From: an uncultured archaeon | Lineage (GTDB): Archaea; Nanobdellota; Nanobdellia; Pacearchaeales; GW2011-AR1 | Direction of reading: 5' to 3' | Length of the DNA stretch: 64,000 nucleotides | NCBI GenBank assembly: GCA_902385655.1 | Contig: CABMGO010000006.1 | Coordinates: 78,499 to 142,498, forward strand | Shown: positions 1 to 8,997 of the stretch, piece by piece | Layout: each line of letters starts with the position of its first letter | How positions within the stretch are numbered: position 1 is the first letter of the stretch | Notes under the pieces: generated by a model | The model's input: only the letters and a program-made list of their open reading frames with translations | Told to the model about the DNA's origin: nothing | Database searches by the model: none | Translations under genes and position numbers: made by a program

Positions 1-399
1 TTCTAAATTCATTTGAACAGTATCTTTTGCAACTAAAACTTTTCCAATTATTTTTGCAACATTTCTTGAAGCAGCTTTTTCATCTACTTCAACGAATTTA
101 AGTCTCTTTCCAACAACTTCAAGTCTGTAATTCTTTTTCATTTTTGGAAGACTCAATACGTCGAAAACTTGTACTGGGAATTTAACATCTTGTCTAACCT
201 TTTGATTAACTAACACTTCTTTTCCTAATGTCATCATTCTTACTTCTTTCGCAGTTTGAGCGATTTTCAAAACATCTCTAAGTGCAACTAATACTGGCAT
301 TCCTTCGTTATTTGCATGGCTAGCATTTATGTAATAAACATTCCCCTTTCTAGCTAAAGGCCAGTTCTTGGGCATTGATTGTCTCTTGTTGTGTGGCAT
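1..399 (-). CDS. rps4e: 30S ribosomal protein eS4 (S4e), N-terminal part; gene runs off the window start
   Basis: My own reverse-strand translation from ATG 399-397 gives MPHNKRQSMPKNWPLARKG..PVLVALRDVL..VRQDVKFPVQVFDVLSL..NYRLEVV, an eS4 pattern. It follows uL24 as in archaeal spc operons. Absent from the ORF track because it has no stop in the window. Confidence 0.85.
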   Translation of the reverse strand, partial: MPHNKRQSMPKNWPLARKGNVYYINASHANNEGMPVLVALRDVLKIAQTAKEVRMMTLGKEVLVNQKVRQDVKFPVQVFDVLSLPKMKKNYRLEVVGKRLKFVEVDEKAASRNVAKIIGKVLVAKDTVQMNLE

Positions 400-812
400 T
401 ATTTCTTTTTCTCCTCTGATTTGACTTCTGTTTTTTTAGTTGGAAGTCTGAATTTATCATCAACAATTGATTTTATTTTTAATTTTGAAGGATGGAACCA
501 AGCATTAATCTTTGATCCATCTTTCTTTGTATTCTGAACATTTTCAACTGCAACAACGTTTTCTTTTACATTAACTTCAGTAACTTTTCCAACTTTCTTC
601 TTAAACTTTCCTCTCATAACAACTACTTCATCTCCCTTTCTTACTTCAAGGCTTCTTAGTCCATATTTCTTTCTCAAATCTTTATCAAGAGTTGCAGACA
701 TTTGTTTTTGTCTCAAATGATTTGGTAAATTATGTAAATATTTTCTTTGCTTTCTAGGTTGTTTACTTTCTCTCCATGATGTGTTAAATTCTGATTTCAT
801 TTTAATATACAC
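399..812 (-). CDS. rpl24: 50S ribosomal protein uL24
   Basis: KOW-type sequence RKGDEVVVMRGKFKKKVGKV and N-terminal SKQPRKQRK. Lies between uL14 and eS4. Alternative start MKSEF at 800. Confidence 0.9.
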   Translation of the reverse strand: MYIKMKSEFNTSWRESKQPRKQRKYLHNLPNHLRQKQMSATLDKDLRKKYGLRSLEVRKGDEVVVMRGKFKKKVGKVTEVNVKENVVAVENVQNTKKDGSKINAWFHPSKLKIKSIVDDKFRLPTKKTEVKSEEKKK

Positions 813-1203
813 TCGCAGCCAATTTAGATACTTCTTTCCATCTCTCCTGAATTTCTCTCGCTACTGGTCCCTTTATCTGAGTTCCTTTTGGATTACCTTT
901 ATCATCTTTTAATAAAGCAACTGCATTATCTGTGAAACAAACTCTCTCGCCATTAGGTCTTGCCCATGGTTTCTTTTGTCTGATTACAACTGCATCGAAA
1001 ACTTCTCCCTTCATTTTAGGATCTCCTTTTCTTACAGAAACTTTGACCCAATCTGCTACCTTAACTGGAATTTGTCTTCCTTTTCTTCCTCTTCCGCCCT
1101 TTACCGAAACAATTCTAACAATTCTTGCTCCGCTGTTATCTGCTGCTTCAACTTCGCTTCCAATATTTAATCCTCGTGTTACTCGGCCTGTTATTGCTCT
1201 CAT
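802..1203 (-). CDS. rpl14: 50S ribosomal protein uL14
   Basis: 133-aa protein with EAADNSGAR..VSVKGG..AVVIRQKK, a typical uL14 sequence. Operon order is conserved. Confidence 0.92.
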   Translation of the reverse strand: MRAITGRVTRGLNIGSEVEAADNSGARIVRIVSVKGGRGRKGRQIPVKVADWVKVSVRKGDPKMKGEVFDAVVIRQKKPWARPNGERVCFTDNAVALLKDDKGNPKGTQIKGPVAREIQERWKEVSKLAASVY

Positions 1204-1610
1204 TGTGTTTTCTCCTTCTGCTCCGCAGAGCTGACACCATTTGGTGCAGTTTTACCTCTAATCTTCTTTGTTACAATAAAATGAATTATCTTGCTTAATG
1301 GTCTGCATTCTGAAATTTGTATCCAATCTCCGACATGAACTTCTTCTTTCAAACAGTCTGGTAATCTTGCATGAAGTTTTGTTCTTCTTCTATCAAACCT
1401 TTCATATTTGCTAATGTAACTAACTCTATCAAATTGGATTTTAACTCTTCCAGGAAGTTTATTGATAACTTCTCCTTCGAATGTTCTTCCTCTAAGTTTG
1501 ACAGCTTCTCTTCCGTGAAATGGACAGAATTTATCTGCACAGTTACCACTAGTTTTGCTTTCTTCCTTCTTTGTTGTTTTTATTTTTTCTACCATTTTAT
1601 TTTCGTTCAC
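1200..1610 (-). CDS. rps17: 30S ribosomal protein uS17
   Basis: CxDxxCPFHG motif followed by LRGRTFEGEV and ISECRPLSK. Operon position fits. Confidence 0.9.
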   Translation of the reverse strand: MNENKMVEKIKTTKKEESKTSGNCADKFCPFHGREAVKLRGRTFEGEVINKLPGRVKIQFDRVSYISKYERFDRRRTKLHARLPDCLKEEVHVGDWIQISECRPLSKIIHFIVTKKIRGKTAPNGVSSAEQKEKTQ

Positions 1611-1899
1611 TTATTTGTGAAGCATCAAATCCTGCTTCAACAAGGACTGGCTTAACTTTTGTTAAGTGATTTCCTTGCAATTCAACAATTTTTCCATTGA
1701 CAGTTCCACCGCATGCGAGCTTTGATTTAAGCTTTTTCGCGATTTCTTTTATGTCAACTCCATCGAGACCTGAGACGAGAGTAACAATCTTTCCGAATGT
1801 TCTTTTCTCTGTTCTGATTTCAACTTGTTGTTGGGTCTTTGCGATTTGTTCACAGACACACGCAGCCAAGGGCAATCCGCACTTAGGGCATATATCCAT
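1597..1899 (-). CDS. translation initiation factor aSUI1/aIF1
   Basis: N-terminal CPKCG..CVC zinc knuckle plus SUI1 core (GKIVTLVSGLD, ACGGTV, ELQGNH). Sits between uL29 and uS17, as in many archaea. Confidence 0.85.
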   Translation of the reverse strand: MDICPKCGLPLAACVCEQIAKTQQQVEIRTEKRTFGKIVTLVSGLDGVDIKEIAKKLKSKLACGGTVNGKIVELQGNHLTKVKPVLVEAGFDASQISERK

Positions 1900-1901
1900 G
1901 A

Positions 1902-2111
1902 TTAGTTTGATTTCTCCATTTTCTTATTTTTGTTTTGGAGTGTTAATATTCTTGCAATTTCCCTTTTAATCCTTTGCCTTTTTGCTCCGGACTTTAAAAG
2001 TTCTATTTTTAATTCGGCGATTTTTGCATCGTCGGAAGTTTGTTTTTCTTCCTTCTTTGGTTTTTCAATTTTAGCTGCTTCTTTCATTTTTGTTTTCTTT
2101 TCTTCTACCAT
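1902..2111 (-). CDS. rpl29: 50S ribosomal protein uL29
   Basis: 69-aa basic helical protein (ELKIELLKSGAKRQRIKREIARILT) between uS3 and aSUI1. Confidence 0.8.
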   Translation of the reverse strand: MVEEKKTKMKEAAKIEKPKKEEKQTSDDAKIAELKIELLKSGAKRQRIKREIARILTLQNKNKKMEKSN

Positions 2112-2112
2112 T

Positions 2113-2787
2113 TTATTTCTTTACTTTTTTAGTTGATTTAATTTCTGATTTTGCTTTTTCATCTAAAATATTTTTCTTTATCTGTCCTATTAAATCTTCT
2201 GTAATCGAAATTTCTTCAGGAGTAATTACATTTGGTGCAAGGATTGAAACTTTTATTCCAATAACTCCTTGTTTATCTGCACCGACGCTTTCAGCATAAC
2301 TAACATTGTTAGATTCGTCTCCAGTTTTTCTTAAATAACCATATTTGAATCTCCATGTCTTAGCTCTCTCGCTTGGAAGTCTTCCAGACATTACAAGTTC
2401 AGCCCCTAATGCGCCAGCGCCCTTGATTTTCATCAATGCTTTGTAAGCAACTGCTTTGAATCTCATTGAACCAAATCTTTCAATTGCTAAAGCAATATCA
2501 TCAGCAACTAATTGTGCATCTAATCCTGGCTTAGCAATTTCTGCAATATCTACATGAGGATTTTCCATCTTGAATCTTTTCTTTAAAGTTTCAGTTAATT
2601 TTTCAATTGTTTCTCCCTTTTTACCGATAATCAAACCTGGTTTGTGGGTGGAGATAATAACTTTTTCACCGACGGGAGTATACTCTACTTTTACAGAAGA
2701 AACTTTACCCTTACCAAATTCTCTCTTGATAAACTCTTTAACTCCGTATTCTTCTTTTCTTATTCCAACAAATTTTCTTTCTTCCAT
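2113..2787 (-). CDS. rps3: 30S ribosomal protein uS3
   Basis: KH domain (GLIIGKKGETIEKL) and the uS3 C-domain (GAELVMSGRLPSERAKTWRFKYG). Confidence 0.92.
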   Translation of the reverse strand: MEERKFVGIRKEEYGVKEFIKREFGKGKVSSVKVEYTPVGEKVIISTHKPGLIIGKKGETIEKLTETLKKRFKMENPHVDIAEIAKPGLDAQLVADDIALAIERFGSMRFKAVAYKALMKIKGAGALGAELVMSGRLPSERAKTWRFKYGYLRKTGDESNNVSYAESVGADKQGVIGIKVSILAPNVITPEEISITEDLIGQIKKNILDEKAKSEIKSTKKVKK

Positions 2788-2788
2788 T

Positions 2789-3379
2789 TTATTTTTTTCC
2801 TCCGTACATTCTAGCTTCTAAATGAACATGAGTTCTCTTTCCTTTTCTTCCTTCTCTTTTATAAGGTCTTGAAGCAATATTAGACATAGCGATTGTTATT
2901 TGAGGATTTTCAATTCCATTAACTTCACAGTTTGCTTTTAATTGCTTTACTAACCCGATAAATTCTTTTGTAGCATTCATAGGGAATCTACCGCTTCCGC
3001 CTGCTGTGTGTGGGATTAATGCTCTTCTTCTGTGAGGAATTTCAGCTCCGATCATTGGAACAGCAAGTTTTTTCTGTAATACTAACTCTAACATTTCCAA
3101 AGCTCTTGTAATGCTTTTCCTTCTAATCATTCTACAGATTGCAACAGATTGTTTTGTACTTATTGCCGCAGAAATTAAATTTGCAACAGCAACTTCTTTT
3201 TTGACTTTTTCAACTTTCACCGCAGGTGACTGGACCGACTTGCTCGGTTCTGCAACTTTTGGTTTTTCAGTTTTAGCTTCAACGGATTCTGTTTTTGTTT
3301 CAGCAGGAGCTACTTCTGTCTTTACTTCCTCGACTTTCTTTGCTTTTTTTGCTTTTGGTGCGTTTGTTTGTTCTACCAT
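2789..3379 (-). CDS. rpl22: 50S ribosomal protein uL22 with a ~60-aa Lys/Glu/Ala/Val/Pro-rich N-terminal extension
   Basis: The C-terminal 135 aa have the uL22 pattern (ISTKQSVAICRMIRRKSITRALEMLE..PHRRR..GRFP). The first ~60 aa are low complexity. Confidence 0.88.
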   Translation of the reverse strand: MVEQTNAPKAKKAKKVEEVKTEVAPAETKTESVEAKTEKPKVAEPSKSVQSPAVKVEKVKKEVAVANLISAAISTKQSVAICRMIRRKSITRALEMLELVLQKKLAVPMIGAEIPHRRRALIPHTAGGSGRFPMNATKEFIGLVKQLKANCEVNGIENPQITIAMSNIASRPYKREGRKGKRTHVHLEARMYGGKK

Positions 3380-3383
3380 ATTA

Positions 3384-3797
3384 TTACTTTACAGATGCAG
3401 AAGCTGAGCCTCTTGTTGCTCCAATACCTGCTGCTCCATGTTTAATTGGTTTTCTTGTCAATGTAAACTCTCCTAATCTATGTCCGATCATATCTTCAGT
3501 TATTTTTACCTGAACAAATTCTTTTCCATTATGAACTCCAACAGTCCATCCAATCATTGAAGGAATTATTGGGAATTCTCTCGAATGTGTTTTTGGCATT
3601 TTGTTTTTGGCAATATCGCTCTTTGATTTTTCCAAAAACATTTCGATTGCTTGGAAACTTCTGTTGATTGTTCTCCTCTCTCTTGAAGCAAGATATTTAG
3701 AGAATTCTCTAAGTTCAAGTTTTTTCAGATCTTCTATCTCGATTCCTCTAAATAGTCTTGTCTTTCCGCCCAATGTTATTCTAGTTTCATTTACCAT
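3384..3797 (-). CDS. rps19: 30S ribosomal protein uS19
   Basis: [29 protein letters not shown] motif. Operon order fits. Confidence 0.92.
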   Translation of the reverse strand: MVNETRITLGGKTRLFRGIEIEDLKKLELREFSKYLASRERRTINRSFQAIEMFLEKSKSDIAKNKMPKTHSREFPIIPSMIGWTVGVHNGKEFVQVKITEDMIGHRLGEFTLTRKPIKHGAAGIGATRGSASASVK

Positions 3798-4501
3798 TAT
3801 TTCTTTGTCCTTCCTGTTCTTCTTGGATGTAAGTGTCCTACTTTTGCACCTGGAGGAGAATTGTTCTTAGCAATCTTACTCTTTGGTCTCTTACCCCTAC
3901 CGCTACCGAATGGATGATCAATAATGTTCATCTTCACAGCAGACGTTCTAGGCCATAATTTATTTCTAGGTTTTTTAATGAACCACATTTTACCAGCTTT
4001 AAGAATTGGTTTTTCCAATCTTCCTTGACCAGCAATTTCGCCGATTGTAACTCTGATTGTAGGTTCAAATATTTTTTCCTGTTTTGAAGGCATCATAACG
4101 ATGACATTCTGATTATTTCCAGGATTGTTCATAACTACTGCAGAGCTTCCAGATGATTTGATCAATCTTCCACCATCATTCGGTCTTAATTCCATATTAA
4201 AAATCTTTGTTCCATTTTCTAAATTTCCTAATGAGCTAATATCGCCATTATTTTTTCCATTGAATGTAATTTTCTGTCCGACATATAATCCTTTAGCTGC
4301 AAAATTATAAATAATTGTTCCATTTCTTGCTCTCAACTTTGCCATCGGCGAGCTGTGTCCTGGTTCTGTAACAAAAGAAACAACTTCATATTCTTGTTCC
4401 AACTTTATTGGATAAGCTGGTTTGTACATATAAGCTCTTCTTCTTACTCTATAAGAAAGACTTCCATGTCCTCTTGCCTGTTGAATAATTCTCTTTCCCA
4501 T
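3797..4501 (-). CDS. rpl2: 50S ribosomal protein uL2
   Basis: 234 aa with [20 protein letters not shown] and [12 protein letters not shown], all uL2 hallmarks. Confidence 0.93.
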   Translation of the reverse strand: MGKRIIQQARGHGSLSYRVRRRAYMYKPAYPIKLEQEYEVVSFVTEPGHSSPMAKLRARNGTIIYNFAAKGLYVGQKITFNGKNNGDISSLGNLENGTKIFNMELRPNDGGRLIKSSGSSAVVMNNPGNNQNVIVMMPSKQEKIFEPTIRVTIGEIAGQGRLEKPILKAGKMWFIKKPRNKLWPRTSAVKMNIIDHPFGSGRGKRPKSKIAKNNSPPGAKVGHLHPRRTGRTKK

Positions 4502-4752
4502 TATAATACTCCTAATTTAGATGCAACGTCTGCAGCGACGAAATCTTTAGTTAATCTAACATAAGCAATCTTTTTGTTTTTTCTTGTTAGTGTTCTAACA
4601 TTTTCTACTTTTACACTGAATAATTTTTCAACTTCTTGTGCAATTTCTTCTTTTGTATATTTTCTATCTGTTTCAAATGCGATCATATTTTCTGCTTCAA
4701 TCATTCTAACGATTTTTTCTGTTGATTTTATTTTTTGCAATATCATTTCCAA
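4501..4752 (-). CDS. rpl23: 50S ribosomal protein uL23
   Basis: 83 aa with IAFETDRKYTKEEIAQEVEKLFSVKVENVRT, between uL4 and uL2. Confidence 0.88.
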   Translation of the reverse strand: MEMILQKIKSTEKIVRMIEAENMIAFETDRKYTKEEIAQEVEKLFSVKVENVRTLTRKNKKIAYVRLTKDFVAADVASKLGVL

Positions 4753-5525
4753 GTCTCCTGAATTTCTTTTAATGCTTTTTCAGTATAAACTGCAAATCTT
4801 CCTGGCTTTCCATTTGGCGCCAAATCTGCAATTTTTAATTCTTTAGCTTTAACAACTTCAACACCACTTCTGTTCATTTTCTCGTCGGACGAAACAACAA
4901 ACAATAATCCGGCATTTGATCTGTATCTTCTTCCTCTTGATTTTCCGCTTCCTGCTCTAACTTTCTTTTCTTTCAATAATTTCTCAGAAGCTTCTCCGAA
5001 AACTTTATTTAAGAATTCAATAAAATCTTTTGTTTTAGATTTTACAACAGAATCATCAACAATAACTGAAGCATTTGAAACTTTCATAGCATATTTGTCT
5101 TCTAATGATTTAACGTCGAATGTTCCTGCAATAGCAGATGCAAGTGCATATTGTAATTCTTTCTTGTTTACTTTTCTAAATTGATTTTCTTCTGGTCTGT
5201 GTGGATGTGCTCTTCCTCCGCCTCTAGAATAGTTAGCAGATGCTCCAACCCACTGGAAACTTACTCCATGTCTAGACATAATTTTTCTCGGTGCTCTTGA
5301 AATACCTTTTCCGTAAGTTACTTTCCAAGCATGTCTTTTTCTTCTTAAGATACCTGAAGCAGAATAATATCTACCTGCAAAATACATTGTTCCGTATGGT
5401 TGTTCTCTCTTTTGTGCCTCAAAAACTTTAGCAATAACATCTTTTCTTACTTCGCCAGAAACTAGTTTGGGTAATTCAATGCTTCCTTTTTCTTTTCCAG
5501 TTTTGTCGAATAATTTTGCCTTCAT
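4743..5525 (-). CDS. rpl4: 50S ribosomal protein uL4
   Basis: 260 aa with GRYYSASGILRRKRHAWKVTYGKGISRAPR, the archaeal uL4 pattern. Confidence 0.9.
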   Translation of the reverse strand: MKAKLFDKTGKEKGSIELPKLVSGEVRKDVIAKVFEAQKREQPYGTMYFAGRYYSASGILRRKRHAWKVTYGKGISRAPRKIMSRHGVSFQWVGASANYSRGGGRAHPHRPEENQFRKVNKKELQYALASAIAGTFDVKSLEDKYAMKVSNASVIVDDSVVKSKTKDFIEFLNKVFGEASEKLLKEKKVRAGSGKSRGRRYRSNAGLLFVVSSDEKMNRSGVEVVKAKELKIADLAPNGKPGRFAVYTEKALKEIQETWK

Positions 5526-6469
5526 CTTAATTCTAACACCTCTAATTTTTGTTTTACTTGATACTTGCTTGGTCTTAATGGCGTTGTCATTAAAATTGCT
5601 CTTTTCTTTGGACCATGAACAGATCCTTTTAACAATAAATAATCTGCTTTCAAAAATCCATAATGTTTGAATCCGTTCGGATTAACTTTCAATTCTTCTG
5701 CTTTTCCAGTTTTTAAAATTACACTGTTGTAAGCAACTCTTGAGAAGAAACCCATTTGACCTGCTTGTGGTGTAACGAATGTAACTCTTGCTGGATGCCA
5801 TGGGCCTAAAGAACCTGGTCTTCTCTGACCTTTTTCTGTTTTATCTACTTTTAAAGAAATTCCATGTCTTCTAACTGGTCCCATTAATCCTTTACCCTTT
5901 GTAACTGCTCTTATATCCAGTAATCCTTTAGGGAAAACTTCAGAAATGGAAATTGTCTTCCCAATTTTTTCTTTAACAAAATTCAACTTTTGGTCTTTTG
6001 TTCCACCGACAGCAATTTCAATCATATCTGGTGTTTTCTTCAATTCTGTTTTTTTAGCTTCAGTATAAACAATAACTCGAACATCATCGAAATCTGTAAC
6101 TTTTTGTAAATCTTCAACCTTAGAAATCTGTTTTGGAACTCTAACAACTCTCTTCAACTCTTTTTCATTAGCGAACACCATCTCTTTTGAAACAATGCCG
6201 TTTTTGTAAAATCTGACAGAAAAAATTTTCATCTCAGGACATTCCATAACTGTTGCAGGAATAATAATTTTTTTGCCTTTTGTCATAGAATCTGCAGTGT
6301 CATCTTTCGCATAAACAGAAACCATTCCTGCTTTATATCCAATAAAACCCATTAAACCCACCTCATTTTTTTTAATAGCATTCCAATTAACATTTGGAAT
6401 CAATCTTTCCGCTCTCTTTCTTGGCCAGTACTGTAAAGCGCTTGCCTTTGGTTTGTTAATTCTTCCCAT
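5522..6469 (-). CDS. rpl3: 50S ribosomal protein uL3 (first gene of the operon)
   Basis: 315 aa with FIGYKAGM, KGKGLMGPVRRHG and PWHPARV, uL3 motifs. Confidence 0.93.
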   Translation of the reverse strand: MGRINKPKASALQYWPRKRAERLIPNVNWNAIKKNEVGLMGFIGYKAGMVSVYAKDDTADSMTKGKKIIIPATVMECPEMKIFSVRFYKNGIVSKEMVFANEKELKRVVRVPKQISKVEDLQKVTDFDDVRVIVYTEAKKTELKKTPDMIEIAVGGTKDQKLNFVKEKIGKTISISEVFPKGLLDIRAVTKGKGLMGPVRRHGISLKVDKTEKGQRRPGSLGPWHPARVTFVTPQAGQMGFFSRVAYNSVILKTGKAEELKVNPNGFKHYGFLKADYLLLKGSVHGPKKRAILMTTPLRPSKYQVKQKLEVLELR

Positions 6470-6560
6470 TTTGACATATTTTTCGAAACTTTAGTTGAGA
6501 AAAAATGGCAGGTAACAAGCTTTCGTCGAAGACGAATGAAGTGACCGCGTCACTACTTGT

Positions 6561-6603
6561 CGCGTTACCGCTATCGGACAATTTTCTTCGAACAAAGTTC
6601 GAA
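6561..6603 (-). promoter_or_regulatory. conserved leader motif, copy 1 (upstream of uL3)
   Basis: Sense (minus) strand reads TCGAAC-TTT-GTTCGA-N10-CCGATAGCGGT-AAC-GCG, 92-134 nt upstream of the uL3 ATG. The same motif recurs at 37764-37805 upstream of SBDS. Surrounding hairpins: GTGAC-GCG-GTCAC and CGTC-GAA-GACG. Confidence 0.5.
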
Positions 6604-6978
6604 TATTGAAAATTAGTCCTTCCATATTTTTCAATTTCTGTTTATAGAATAAAAACTAGTTCAGTTTTTATTCGGATATTACTCTCGTAATATTAGCGAA
6701 CCAAGTAAAATAAAAATATTTTACTTCGACTACTTAACAGTTAGCAGCTGTTTTTTTCATCCACTGATTTCAACCAAAATCGTGCGTCTAAACATTTAAG
6801 TTTTAAACGATTATAAAAAAGATAGAAAATGACCCTTTATAAACTTTCCTTAGAAAGTTTAGAATTGGAACGTTATCAGACGTTGCTACTTTAAACCATT
6901 CGCTTGTTTACTTTTACAATTTGGTTCTAATACAAACAATCTATATCTTTAAAATGGGCAGTTTCTCAGATTAAAGTC

Positions 6979-7692
6979 ATGGGAAAGACCCTTGCGACCC
7001 TTGCTTTATGTTTAGGCCTAATATGCAATTCTTTTTCTGGTACAGTTCCAGAATATCGTGACGCGAGTCCTGTTTCAGCCATAACAAACAACAATCGCGC
7101 AATAAAGTCAAGCACTTCTGGAAAAGTAGATCTCCCTTTAGGAGTTATCAAGGACTATCTAGCAAAGCCCGTTTTCTCTGGAAAAGTTTTACTTTGTCTT
7201 GGAGAGTCACCTTACTATCCTTATCAGGAGCCAAATGCTGCAGTTTTCTATAATTCTCAGGGACATACTTCTAGATACGAAGTAGTAAGAAGCTCGTCGA
7301 TATCTAACGGATTAGACCAAGTTTCTCGAATTTATGGGAACAGATTTTTTGGAAATTTTGATTCAGTGACTTTTCTAACTCTAAGAGAAAATCAAGACAA
7401 ATCAGTCCAGTACTCGAATGATATGTACGTGATAATTGAAAATCGATTTTTCAATTCCTTCTTTCGAGGGCTTTTGAATTTTCCGCTACTCGGAGACAAG
7501 TTAAAAAAATCTTTTCAAGATGAGCAGGACAATTTTGTAAAAAGTGTAAATCGAGTAGTTTCCCGAGCATCTCAAAGTCCTCAAGCAGCACTAAAAAGTT
7601 TAGAATCATATACTAATGGTCCTGTTAGTTTTAGTCAAGGAGAAATTCAATATTTTAAAGAGAGCTTAGAAAAATTAGATAAGAAAAAATAA
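6979..7692 (+). CDS. hypothetical secreted protein or lipoprotein
   Basis: Long ORF with an N-terminal hydrophobic signal (LATLALCLGLIC). I recognise no family. Confidence 0.6.
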   Translation: MGKTLATLALCLGLICNSFSGTVPEYRDASPVSAITNNNRAIKSSTSGKVDLPLGVIKDYLAKPVFSGKVLLCLGESPYYPYQEPNAAVFYNSQGHTSRYEVVRSSSISNGLDQVSRIYGNRFFGNFDSVTFLTLRENQDKSVQYSNDMYVIIENRFFNSFFRGLLNFPLLGDKLKKSFQDEQDNFVKSVNRVVSRASQSPQAALKSLESYTNGPVSFSQGEIQYFKESLEKLDKKK

Positions 7693-7693
7693 A

Positions 7694-8146
7694 TTATGCA
7701 GTCCATTTCTTGATTGTTCTTCCACCAGCTTCATAAATTCTTGCCCGAGTTTCTTCAACAGTCAGCTTCCTAGATAAATCTAATTCGAGAGGGTTTATTG
7801 AAAAATCTAATCTTACTTCAAATATAGGTCCATTACGAGAAGAAATAAACTCTGCCTCTCCCCAAACTCCTGCTCCAAGTTTTAAGTCCTCTGGAAATGC
7901 TAAAAAAGTGCCTGCACCCATACTGGGTAAAACTTCCTTAAAATAAAAATTCATTCCATTCCCAGTTTCATTTCTCCATCTTTGATATCCTTCTTGAAAA
8001 AATGGTTGATTTGGATTGACGACCTCATAATCTGGAAACCGCGATCTAATCACCTCGATAAGTTTAGCCTCTATAGGAACATCGTAAAAACTTATTGGAT
8101 GTCCAAAATACATCTTTGGTTTTTCTACCATGAAAAATTCATCCAA
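7694..8146 (-). CDS. hypothetical protein
   Basis: 150-aa ORF. I recognise no family confidently. Confidence 0.6.
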   Translation of the reverse strand: MDEFFMVEKPKMYFGHPISFYDVPIEAKLIEVIRSRFPDYEVVNPNQPFFQEGYQRWRNETGNGMNFYFKEVLPSMGAGTFLAFPEDLKLGAGVWGEAEFISSRNGPIFEVRLDFSINPLELDLSRKLTVEETRARIYEAGGRTIKKWTA

Positions 8147-8181
8147 TTTTCATTTATAAGGATTTATATCTTTCAGAACTA

Positions 8182-8931
8182 TTAAGCTTCAAACGGAGCT
8201 TCTCTTTTTTCAATTTTTCCGTCAATATTCAATTCTCTAACTAAAATTCCTTTTCTTTTGCTTTGAGCTCTAACTTCCTCAGGTTTCATTTTTGCAAAAT
8301 CTTTAGGATACATCATATCAGTAATCTTTAACAGATGTTTTATTGAAACTTCTTTAAAATCTTGATTAACATCAAATAAAAATTCCTTTTCAAAAGATTT
8401 ATCTGAAGTTTTAAGAGAACAGAACTCAGCTTTTGGCTCTTTTTGCCCACTTGTAGAGGGTTTAGCAGATTTTGGTGCCTTTGGTTTTATTTTTAATTCA
8501 TAGTCTGGTAGATTAAATGTTAAAGCAAAAAATGCTCGAGGATATTTATTCATTAACTCCAAAATTTGCTTTGAGTCAATTTCTCCAGAAACTTGGTATT
8601 GCTTAACTCCCATGAACTGTTTTATCCCCTTAGAGATTGGAATATCTAATTGAAGTGTAGAAACGATAACTCCTGAAACTGAAACCTTTCCATTTGCTTT
8701 TTCCAAACCCTTTCTAACGAGATAATTAGCGAATTCCGGTCCTGTCTTTACTGAAAGTTTTCCAGCAGATCTTTTACACTCTATGAGATATTTATCTTTG
8801 AAATCTCCTTTCCCAAACTTCAAAAAGTCTCCATGAACTTCGTCGTCAAAATTTTTTTCAAATATTTTTTTAATAATCATACTTATTTCTATAATTTTCC
8901 ATTTATAAATTTTCTCCCTCATTTTTGGCAT
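8182..8931 (-). CDS. hypothetical protein (start possibly at the internal Met, 8880)
   Basis: 249-aa ORF. The family is not recognised. Confidence 0.6.
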   Translation of the reverse strand: MPKMREKIYKWKIIEISMIIKKIFEKNFDDEVHGDFLKFGKGDFKDKYLIECKRSAGKLSVKTGPEFANYLVRKGLEKANGKVSVSGVIVSTLQLDIPISKGIKQFMGVKQYQVSGEIDSKQILELMNKYPRAFFALTFNLPDYELKIKPKAPKSAKPSTSGQKEPKAEFCSLKTSDKSFEKEFLFDVNQDFKEVSIKHLLKITDMMYPKDFAKMKPEEVRAQSKRKGILVRELNIDGKIEKREAPFEA

Positions 8932-8997
8932 TTTTACACGGGAGTCCGTTTATCGCTCCTCGACAACATTTATAAATTGGTTTCTGCAACAAATAAT

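Noticed and set aside
932-4846. Numerous 60-100-aa ORFs antisense to or overlapping the ribosomal protein genes (for example 932-1234, 1371-1655, 1697-1969, 3111-3407, 4574-4846).
   Set aside because: They lie opposite well-supported ribosomal protein genes, have Phe/Ser/Leu-rich low-complexity translations typical of the antisense strand of Lys/Glu-rich genes, and have no start context.
8833-8997. An N-terminal 55-aa extension of the AI-2E transporter ORF.
   Set aside because: It overlaps the 5' end of the divergent gene 8182-8931 and has a poly-Phe/Asn composition. The first Met followed by a TM helix is at 8998.
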